A DNA stretch of 64,000 nucleotides from Candidatus Scatosoma sp. (lineage in GTDB: Bacteria > Bacillota > Clostridia > Christensenellales > Borkfalkiaceae): contig JAZOPU010000119.1 in assembly GCA_045655705.1 (NCBI GenBank), forward strand, positions 1,013-65,012, read 5' to 3'. Positions 57,066-64,000 of this stretch are shown piece after piece. Within the stretch, counting starts at the first letter, position 1. Every line of letters begins with the position of its first letter. Under the pieces are notes generated by a model. It was not told the DNA's origin. It saw only the letters and a list, made by a program, of their open reading frames with translations, and did not search any database. Made by a program: the position numbers and the translations under genes.

Positions 57066-58397
57066 ATGAACGAAAGAGAAACCTTAAAAATTAACGCAAA
57101 AGGACATTTGGAAATCGGCGGAGCGGATTGTGTGGAGCTCGCGGAACGTTTTTCCACGCCCTTATACGTTTTCGACGAAGCGTATATTCGCAAAATGATG
57201 CGCGTATATCGAAATACGCTTGCAGAAAAATACGACGGAAACGGTCTTGTTTTATATGCTTCTAAAGCCTTTTCCTGTCAAGCCATATACCGTATTGCCG
57301 ACGAAGAAAATATCGGTATCGACGTCGTTTCAGGCGGAGAATTATACACGGCGAAACAAGCGGGTTTTCCGATGCATAAAATTTGTATGCATGGAAACAA
57401 TAAACTTGCCCACGAAATTGAAGAAGCAATCGACGCAGGCGTTGGCTATATCGTTGCCGATTCGTATTCGGAAATTGATAAAATTGATACGGAAGCCAAA
57501 AAACGTGGAATTGTGCAAAATATTCTTTTGCGTATCAATCCAGGGATTGAAGCGCATACGCACGCGTTTGTGCAAACGGCAACGACGGACAGTAAGTTCG
57601 GCTTTTCTATACAAGACGGCACGGCGGAAAGCGTAACCAAATATGCGTTATCCAAAGCCAACGTTTGCTTGCAAGGATATCATTGCCACATCGGCTCGCA
57701 AATTTTTGAAAAACAGTCTTTCGTGCTTGCAGTGGAAAAATGTATGGATTTTGCCGTGCAAATGCGTGATAAACACGGTTTTACACTCAAAACGTTAAAC
57801 CTTGGCGGGGGATTTGGCGTATGGTATACGGACGAAGATAGAAAAATTCCCGCCGAAGGCTATGCGGAATACGTGGAAGCGTTGATTACCGCTGTCAAAG
57901 AAAAGGCAAGCGCGTATAAAATGCCGTTGCCGTTCCTGCTCATCGAACCGGGGCGTTCTATCGTTGGCGAAGCCGGGATCACACTCTATACGGTGGGAGC
58001 AATCAAAGATATTCCCGGGGTGAAGAAATACGTGGCGGTCGACGGCGGTATGTTTGATAATCCGCGGTATGCGCTGTATCAATCCAAATACACGCCCGTG
58101 CTTGCAAACCGTGCAAACGAAGAGAATACGGAGATTGTGACGATTGCGGGAAAATGCTGTGAAAGCGGGGATTTGATTGCCGTGAACGTGGGATTGCCCA
58201 AGGCGCAAACGGGGGATATTCTCGCCGTACTTTCCACGGGTGCGTATAATTATTCTATGGCAATGAATTATAACCGTAACCTTGTTCCGCCTTGCGTACT
58301 CGTCAAAGACGGACAAGCGGAATATATCGTAAAACCGCAAACGTATGAAGATTTGGTGAGAAACGACGTCGTTCCGACAAGACTTGCGAAAAAGTAA
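57066..58397 (+). CDS. lysA: Diaminopimelate decarboxylase
   Basis: PLP lysine context LYASKAFS, HCHIGSQ, GGGFG, CCESGD, TGAYNYSM. Confidence 0.92.
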   Translation: MNERETLKINAKGHLEIGGADCVELAERFSTPLYVFDEAYIRKMMRVYRNTLAEKYDGNGLVLYASKAFSCQAIYRIADEENIGIDVVSGGELYTAKQAGFPMHKICMHGNNKLAHEIEEAIDAGVGYIVADSYSEIDKIDTEAKKRGIVQNILLRINPGIEAHTHAFVQTATTDSKFGFSIQDGTAESVTKYALSKANVCLQGYHCHIGSQIFEKQSFVLAVEKCMDFAVQMRDKHGFTLKTLNLGGGFGVWYTDEDRKIPAEGYAEYVEALITAVKEKASAYKMPLPFLLIEPGRSIVGEAGITLYTVGAIKDIPGVKKYVAVDGGMFDNPRYALYQSKYTPVLANRANEENTEIVTIAGKCCESGDLIAVNVGLPKAQTGDILAVLSTGAYNYSMAMNYNRNLVPPCVLVKDGQAEYIVKPQTYEDLVRNDVVPTRLAKK

Positions 58398-58467
58398 GGG
58401 TATTTTCCACAAAAATACGCATAGCGTAGTTGCATTTTTTTGATAAATATGGTATAATAACGCCGTT

Positions 58468-59154
58468 ATGGAATACGTTGTTCAGCTATTAGCACAATTT
58501 TTAGCGGTAATGGTCGTGATTACCTTTCACGAATTTGCCCACGCTTACGCCGCGTATAAATGTGGCGATCCGACGGCAAAGTTTTCAGGGAGAATGACGC
58601 TCAATCCCGCAAAACATTTCGATCCGCTCGGCGTGGTTATGTTTGCATTCGTGGGGTTTGGTTGGGCAAAACCCGTACCCATCAATCCGAACAATTTCAA
58701 CGATTATAAAAAAGGCTGTCTTTGGACGAGCGCCGCAGGAGTACTCGTCAATTACTTGATGGCGTTTGCCTTTTATCCAATCTTGATACTAACCCGCGCG
58801 TACGTTTTACCGTTGTTTGCAGGGAAGTATTTGGCGGTTTTATTAAACGCGCTTACGTATGCATTGTTTGCGTATTCTTTGAGCTTTTGCGTGTTTAATT
58901 TGTTGCCCGTGTATCCGCTTGACGGGTTTCGGATTGTAGAGGCAACGAGTAGAAAACGCGGAAAGGTGTATTGGTTTTTACGGCAATACGGATATTATAT
59001 TCTAATAGCACTTATTTTTATCAGTTTTCTTGCCGATAGAATATTTATTTTTCAATATTTTGACGTACTTGGATACGTATTGCAGTTTGCAGTGGACGTA
59101 TTCGGGCGTCCGATAACGTTGTTTTGGAATTGGATTTTAGGTTTTATACTCTAA
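58468..59154 (+). CDS. Site-2 protease (M50) family membrane metalloprotease
   Basis: HEFAHAYAA (HExxH) and NLLPVYPLDG motifs. Polytopic. Confidence 0.85.
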   Translation: MEYVVQLLAQFLAVMVVITFHEFAHAYAAYKCGDPTAKFSGRMTLNPAKHFDPLGVVMFAFVGFGWAKPVPINPNNFNDYKKGCLWTSAAGVLVNYLMAFAFYPILILTRAYVLPLFAGKYLAVLLNALTYALFAYSLSFCVFNLLPVYPLDGFRIVEATSRKRGKVYWFLRQYGYYILIALIFISFLADRIFIFQYFDVLGYVLQFAVDVFGRPITLFWNWILGFIL

Positions 59155-59166
59155 AAGGATAGGGCG

Positions 59167-59988
59167 ATGGATAAAGACAAACTTACGGTACAATCAGTAA
59201 AAAACTTTGAAACGGAAGTGGATTATACAACGGTTTTGGACAACTTTGAAGGACCGCTGGATCTTCTTTTGTATCTCATTGAAAAAGAAGCGATTGAGAT
59301 TAAAGATATATTCGTTTCGCAAGTTACCGAGCAATTCCTTTCGTATATGAAAGGTTTGGAATTTTTGGATATGGAAAAAGCGAGCGAATATTTGAATATC
59401 GCCGCAACGATTATTGAAATCAAAGCGCGAAGCTTAGTCCCGCTCTACGACGAGGATTGGGGCGCGGATAACGACGAAGAGAGTGATTTTGCACCTTACG
59501 ATCCCGCAACGGAGCTTATTCAAGCGTTGGAAGAATATCAAACGGCGAAAAAGCTCAAAGCCCGCGAAACGATCGGTTACATATTCAAAGAACCTGATAA
59601 AGAATTTACTTCTACGCAAGTGCAATATACGGATATGACGCTGGACGGGCTTATGCAGGCATTTACAAAAATGATGCTTAGGTTAGAAGCCAAGAAAAAG
59701 CAAAATCCGCCACCCCGTGAAATCCCCAGAGATATCTACACAGTGCGCGATAAAATCAAGCATATCCGCACGAAAGTGCTGACAAAAGATGCAACGAAAT
59801 TTGAAGAATTATTCGACGAAAATTCGTCCGTTCCTGAAATCGTTACGACCTTTCAAGCGCTGTTGGAGCTTTTAAAACATCAGTTTATTCTCGTGGAGCA
59901 GGACGAATTGTTCTCGCAAATCACGATCAAGAAAAATCCCGATAGAAGTGAGGAAGAAGACATTGGAGAAATTGACGAATATAATTGA
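59167..59988 (+). CDS. scpA: Segregation and condensation protein A
   Basis: FEGPLDLLLYLIEKEAIEIKDI and FQALLELLK kleisin motifs. Confidence 0.9.
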   Translation: MDKDKLTVQSVKNFETEVDYTTVLDNFEGPLDLLLYLIEKEAIEIKDIFVSQVTEQFLSYMKGLEFLDMEKASEYLNIAATIIEIKARSLVPLYDEDWGADNDEESDFAPYDPATELIQALEEYQTAKKLKARETIGYIFKEPDKEFTSTQVQYTDMTLDGLMQAFTKMMLRLEAKKKQNPPPREIPRDIYTVRDKIKHIRTKVLTKDATKFEELFDENSSVPEIVTTFQALLELLKHQFILVEQDELFSQITIKKNPDRSEEEDIGEIDEYN

Positions 59989-60655
59989 GGCGATTTTATT
60001 TGCTTCGGGCGACGCTGTACCCATCGATTTATTGCGTGAAAAGTTGGAAATTACCAAACGCCAAGCGGATGATGCTATACGGCAATTAGAAAAGAAATAT
60101 ACGGGCGATTGCGGTATTCGGTTGTTGCATTTTAATCATAAACTGCAATTTGCAACCAATCCCGACTATAAGGAGAGCGTATCTTCCGTTTTAACGCCCA
60201 TTCGCGAAAAAGAATTTACGCGCACGATATTGGAATGTTCGGCAATCATTGCCTATAAGCAACCGATCACGCGTTCGGAATTGGAAGCGATCCGCGGAAC
60301 GAACAGCGACTACGCCATTTCCACACTTTTGAGTTTGGATATGATTTATCCTTGCGGAAGAAAGGATACGCCGGGTAAACCCGTCGAATATGCCACCACG
60401 GACAATTTCTTGAAACGCTTTAAACTCAAATCACTTTCCGAACTGCCTGATTATGCAGAGCTTATGAAACGGATAGCGGAGATTGGCGCGCTTTCAGAAA
60501 CGGAAAGCAATTATCTCTACGAAAAGGACGTTTACGATCCCGACAACGATCCCGAGCTTCTTGAAGAGAACACGGAAGAAAAATCCAGCTCGGAAGGCTT
60601 TGAATTGCCTGACTTTTTAAAGGATATTGAAGAAGGGATCATTAAGATCCAATAA
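59948..60655 (+). CDS. scpB: Segregation and condensation protein B
   Basis: IIEAILFASGDAV, AYKQPITRSELEAIRG. The true start may be in-frame TTG 59963 or 59972 rather than GTG 59948. Confidence 0.88.
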   Translation: MRKKTLEKLTNIIEAILFASGDAVPIDLLREKLEITKRQADDAIRQLEKKYTGDCGIRLLHFNHKLQFATNPDYKESVSSVLTPIREKEFTRTILECSAIIAYKQPITRSELEAIRGTNSDYAISTLLSLDMIYPCGRKDTPGKPVEYATTDNFLKRFKLKSLSELPDYAELMKRIAEIGALSETESNYLYEKDVYDPDNDPELLEENTEEKSSSEGFELPDFLKDIEEGIIKIQ

Positions 60656-60677
60656 ACAAAATTACATACTTTTTTCA

Positions 60678-60714
60678 AACCTGCTCATATTGTTGATATG
60701 GGCAGGTTATTTTT
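60678..60714 (+). terminator. Intrinsic terminator after scpB, overlapping the next ORF's ATG
   Basis: AACCTGCTCATAT (60678-60690), TGTTG loop, ATATGGGCAGGTT (60696-60708), a 13-bp stem with one G-U pair, then ATTTTT. Confidence 0.7.
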
Positions 60715-61252
60715 GCGTATCGTTCTTATTATTTTATCGATAGGGCTAGCACTATTTGCTCCCATCGTTGTGGAAACGGATATACACTACGATATGAACC
60801 GCAAAAAATTTGGATTTGCCGTATTTTTATATAAAATAATCAAAGTTGTCGGCGGTTACGTTACAACTTATCCAGGGGGCTTTGCCTTGCATTTATCCCC
60901 CAAAAAAGCCGTACTTTTGCCGTATTCACGGTTAAACAGTGAGCGTAAGCGGTTTTCGTTTATTAAAACCTTCCGTTTAGTTTCCTTTCGTCTAACGACG
61001 GAAACGGGCGCGGAGTATCTTTTGCCCATATCCACCGCACATACCTTTTTGCGGGCGTACTTTTTCGCGACGGGCGGGGATAAGGATAAAATCGAAAACA
61101 ATCTTTGGCTTACCGACGGTGACGTTTTGCGCGTTTCTTTCAATAGCGTACTTTATTTCAACTTATATATTCTTTTGCGTAATTTTGTTATATTTTTAAA
61201 GGAGAAAATGAAAATATTATGGCAGAAAAAAACGAAAAAATCGACAACTTAA
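60698..61252 (+). CDS. DUF2953 / YtfI-like sporulation membrane protein
   Basis: N-terminal TM helix followed by a repetitive beta-rich body. Sits directly upstream of, and overlapping, the ytfJ-like gene, as in other endospore formers. Start uncertain (ATG 60698 or TTG 60713). Confidence 0.55.
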   Translation: MGRLFLRIVLIILSIGLALFAPIVVETDIHYDMNRKKFGFAVFLYKIIKVVGGYVTTYPGGFALHLSPKKAVLLPYSRLNSERKRFSFIKTFRLVSFRLTTETGAEYLLPISTAHTFLRAYFFATGGDKDKIENNLWLTDGDVLRVSFNSVLYFNLYILLRNFVIFLKEKMKILWQKKTKKSTT

Positions 61253-61590
61253 TAAATTCTTCAATCGCGAATTTAGACACGCTTGCAAACGTAAATTTGA
61301 TTATCGGAAAACCGATCGTAACGGCAAGTGGCTATCAAATTATTCCCTTTTCCAAGGTAACGATGGGGAATTTGTCGGGCGGTGGAGAATACGGTGATAT
61401 CAAAGTCGTTAAAGAAATCGACGCAATGCCCTTTGCCGGCGGAAGCGGTGCGGTTGTTAGTATGAAACCTATGGGGTTTTTGATCGACGACGGAAAAAGC
61501 TGTCGCATTTTGCGTGTATCCGACGAACCGATTGATAATTTAATCGAACGAGCGGGCGAAATCGTCCGCGACGTGATGGCAAAGGATTGA
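61219..61590 (+). CDS. ytfJ: GerW/YtfJ family sporulation protein
   Basis: IGKPIVTASGYQIIPFSKV...GGGEYG...PFAGGSGAVVSMKPMGFLI. Confidence 0.85.
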   Translation: MAEKNEKIDNLINSSIANLDTLANVNLIIGKPIVTASGYQIIPFSKVTMGNLSGGGEYGDIKVVKEIDAMPFAGGSGAVVSMKPMGFLIDDGKSCRILRVSDEPIDNLIERAGEIVRDVMAKD

Positions 61591-61591
61591 T

Positions 61592-62647
61592 ATGCGAAAA
61601 GGAGCAGGTGCGCTGTTTGCATTATGTATTGCGACGGCGTGTGTTTGTATGCCATTAAAAAACGATCGTTTACTTGCACAAGCAAGCACCCAAGAAAAAA
61701 ATTGGGTGGAAGGCAAGGCGGAATGTGTTATGGAGTTGGAAAGCAGGCGAATTCTCTACGCTGATCACGCGGAAAAAGCTTTGCCAATGGCGAGTACGAC
61801 GAAAATTTTAACGGCGATAACCGTTTTGCAATCGTGTGAAAACTTGCAAGAAGAAATGGTTATTCCACAGGAAGCGGCGGGCGTGCAGGGGTCTTCGGTA
61901 TATTTAAAAAGCGGGGATATCTACACGATAGAAGATCTTTTATACGGACTAATGCTACGCTCAGGCAACGATTGCGCCACCGCGCTTGCGTTGCATTGTG
62001 GCGGAAGCGTGGAGCATTTTGCAACGAAAATGAATGCCGTTGCGCAAAAAGCAGGGGCGCTTGCGAGTAGTTTCAAAAACCCACACGGCTTGCCTTGTAA
62101 TAATCATTACACCACAGCTCGCGATTTGAGTTATATTACCTGTTACGCTATGCAAAACCATGTATTTTCTAAAATCGTAGCCACACGCTATTACGCACCG
62201 CGACATTGGCAAAATAAAAATAAAATACTCACTCTTTGCGAGGGTGGCGTGGGTGTGAAAACAGGGTATACGAAAGAAGCAGGGCGGTGCTTGGTTTCTG
62301 CCGTTAAGCGGGATAATATGACGCTTATTTGCACGCTTTTAAATTGTCCCACTACCTATGAACGCACAATCCGCTTGGTAGACGACGCCTTCCAAGCGTA
62401 TAAACGGGAAAAACTCTTGTCCAAAGATCAAGTGTTCTCCGTTACGGACGGCAAAACCACGATACAGGCAAGCCCCGAAAAGGATTTTTATTATCCGCTT
62501 TTACAGGAAGAACGCTCTTGGATAGAAACGCGCGTAAAAGGGGTGGATAAGCGTTTACAAACGAAAAAAACAGGGGAAAAAGTAGGAGAATTAGAAATAT
62601 ATCTTGCAAAACGGTTGCTTTTTTCGGGGAATTTATATAAAATATAA
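61592..62647 (+). CDS. D-alanyl-D-alanine carboxypeptidase (S11), second copy
   Basis: ASTTKILT (SxxK), RSGNDC (SxN), KTGYT (KTG). Signal peptide present. Confidence 0.88.
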   Translation: MRKGAGALFALCIATACVCMPLKNDRLLAQASTQEKNWVEGKAECVMELESRRILYADHAEKALPMASTTKILTAITVLQSCENLQEEMVIPQEAAGVQGSSVYLKSGDIYTIEDLLYGLMLRSGNDCATALALHCGGSVEHFATKMNAVAQKAGALASSFKNPHGLPCNNHYTTARDLSYITCYAMQNHVFSKIVATRYYAPRHWQNKNKILTLCEGGVGVKTGYTKEAGRCLVSAVKRDNMTLICTLLNCPTTYERTIRLVDDAFQAYKREKLLSKDQVFSVTDGKTTIQASPEKDFYYPLLQEERSWIETRVKGVDKRLQTKKTGEKVGELEIYLAKRLLFSGNLYKI

Positions 62648-62679
62648 TCGTTAAGAATTTCCAATGAAAAAGGACGAAT

Positions 62680-63384
62680 ATGCGAATTAATAAATTTTTA
62701 GCCGAAAAAGGTATTGCAAGCAGACGCCACGCTGACGAAATGATCAGCGTAGGCAGAGTGAAAATCAACGGAACGATAGCAACGCTTGGAACGAACGTGG
62801 AAGAAACGGACGAAGTGCTCGTGGACGATCAAGCCGTTTCCCGTGAAGAAAAAGAAGAAAAATTTTATATAATGAATAAACCCAAAGGCGTGATTTGCAC
62901 GGTATCCGACGATCGCGGAAGAAAAACGGTCGTTGATTTATTGCCTGAAAATGCAGGTAGAGTGTTTCCCGTAGGGCGGTTGGATTATGAAACGGAAGGG
63001 TTGCTCATTCTCACCAACGACGGCGACACTGCTTATCGTTTGACGCACCCGATGAATGAAGTACCCAAAACGTATATGGCGAAAATAGAGGGTACGATGA
63101 CGGAAAAGGATTTAAACCGTATCCGTTCGGGTATTGAATTGGACGGTGTAATGACGAAAAAATGCAAAGCGCATATCGTCGAAACGAATAAAGCTTATAC
63201 GAAAGTGCACGTTACGATTACCGAAGGCAAAAACAGGCAAGTACGCCGTATGTTTGAAGCGATTGGCAGAAACGTTCAATTTTTAAAACGCATAAGCATC
63301 GGAAAATTAAAATTGACGGGACTGGATAGGGGGCAAGTTCGCGCCTTGACGGAAGAAGAAATCCTGTATTTAAAAGGTCTTTAA
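62680..63384 (+). CDS. rluB: Pseudouridine synthase, RsuA/RluB family
   Basis: S4 domain (MRINKFLAEKGIASRR), catalytic GRLDYETEGLLILTNDG, GKNRQVRRMF. Confidence 0.88.
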   Translation: MRINKFLAEKGIASRRHADEMISVGRVKINGTIATLGTNVEETDEVLVDDQAVSREEKEEKFYIMNKPKGVICTVSDDRGRKTVVDLLPENAGRVFPVGRLDYETEGLLILTNDGDTAYRLTHPMNEVPKTYMAKIEGTMTEKDLNRIRSGIELDGVMTKKCKAHIVETNKAYTKVHVTITEGKNRQVRRMFEAIGRNVQFLKRISIGKLKLTGLDRGQVRALTEEEILYLKGL

Positions 63385-63390
63385 AACAAT

Positions 63391-63418
63391 TTCCCCGCTT
63401 GGGTTACCAAGCGGGGAA
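63391..63418. terminator. Bidirectional intrinsic terminator
   Basis: TTCCCCGCTTGG (63391-63402), GTTA loop, CCAAGCGGGGAA (63407-63418), a perfect 12-bp stem between convergent rluB and lexA. Confidence 0.8.
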
Positions 63419-63424
63419 TAATTT

Positions 63425-64000
63425 TTAAGATCGATAATTTCGCATAAGTCCAACGACTTTGCCAAGGATTTTCACTTCTTCGGGAGCAAATATCATATCC
63501 GATAACGTTTCGTTTTCGGGGTGGAGAATAATTTGCCCGTTCTTTGCATAGAAGCGTTTCACGGTTGCACAGTCGTCCACGAGCGCCACGACAATCTCGC
63601 CGTTTTGTGCAACTTCTTGTTTTCTGACGATAATTTTATCGCCGTCGCAAATGCCCGCGTCGATCATAGACGAGCCTTGCACGCGAAGCATAAATAAATT
63701 TTCGCCCTTAAATTCTCCTGCGGGAAAGGTGTAGTAATCTTCGTAGTTTTCGTAGGCAAAAATAGGTTGACCTGCGGTAACCGTACCGATTAGCGGAATA
63801 TTCACGCCTGAACTTTTGCTAATGGTAACCGCGCGTTTTTTATTATCCGTTTTACTCAAATAGCCTTTTGTTTGCAGTTTTTCAATGTAACTGTGTACGG
63901 TGGCGGTGGATTTTATTCCACATTCCTTGCCGATTTCACGAACGGAGGGCGTATATCCGTTTTCTTCGGTGAATTTACGGATATAATCCATAACTTTCGT
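63425..64000 (-). CDS. lexA: LexA repressor; N-terminus probably lies beyond the right edge
   Basis: GYTPSVREIG HTH region. Self-cleavage domain with VQGSSMIDAGI (Ser) and ATVKRF (Lys). The frame stays open upstream of ATG 63991 (..TKV-MDYIRKF), and typical LexA proteins carry about 10 more N-terminal residues. Confidence 0.9.
   Translation of the reverse strand, partial: TKVMDYIRKFTEENGYTPSVREIGKECGIKSTATVHSYIEKLQTKGYLSKTDNKKRAVTISKSSGVNIPLIGTVTAGQPIFAYENYEDYYTFPAGEFKGENLFMLRVQGSSMIDAGICDGDKIIVRKQEVAQNGEIVVALVDDCATVKRFYAKNGQIILHPENETLSDMIFAPEEVKILGKVVGLMRNYRS

Overview
This 64-kb window looks like core chromosome from an endospore-forming Firmicute with Clostridia-type gene order. It is densely coded, with about 70 protein genes, mostly on the + strand, and two tRNA genes. 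I saw no rRNA, CRISPR array, transposase, integrase, phage or recognisable defence genes.

Layout, left to right:
- 1-9.4 kb: 5' part of a class A PBP gene (minus strand, runs off the left edge), then miaB-mutS-mutL-miaA and a YnbB-like PLP protein.
- 9.4-11.8 kb: ung, an MTA/SAH-nucleosidase-like gene, an Sfp-type PPTase and a C_GCAxxG_C_C protein.
- 11.9-27.5 kb: a looser, accessory-looking carbohydrate and redox stretch. It holds a GH109-like oxidoreductase, a ROK kinase, an unknown diiron/ferritin-like protein, a GH31 hydrolase, an ABC exporter, a DeoR regulator with a GlpA-like/FAD-oxidoreductase/DUF1667 trio, a HAD-IIA phosphatase, MgtC, an AraC regulator and a NahK-like kinase.
- 27.6-29.5 kb: divergent tRNA-Thr(GGU) and tRNA-Trp(CCA), each with a consensus promoter, then rnhA and a TVP38-family membrane protein.
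- 29.7-34.5 kb: a five-gene biotin-dependent Na+-decarboxylase-type operon that carries both a 12S-type and a 5S-type carboxyltransferase.
- 34.7-41.8 kb: a HI0933-type flavoprotein, an AroH::Cmk fusion, plsC, an IspH::S1 fusion and htpG.
- 41.9-64 kb: a canonical sporulation and housekeeping run. It contains spoIIIAA-AH, asp23, nusB, folD, ispA, dxs, tlyA, nadK, argR, recN, spoIVB, a DD-carboxypeptidase, lysA, an M50 protease, scpA/scpB, ytfI/ytfJ-like genes, a second DD-carboxypeptidase, rluB and lexA (runs off the right edge).

I found no convincing self-contained novel system such as a defence island. The most interesting observations are:
- the dual-carboxyltransferase decarboxylase/transcarboxylase-like cluster
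- four YGTGAAAC direct repeats bracketing that cluster's terminator
- the AroH-Cmk fusion
- an unknown diiron protein inside a GalNAc-flavoured sugar locus
- a minimal SpoIIIAG
- rnhA sitting directly behind a tRNA terminator

All functional calls come from motif recognition by eye. No database search was run.
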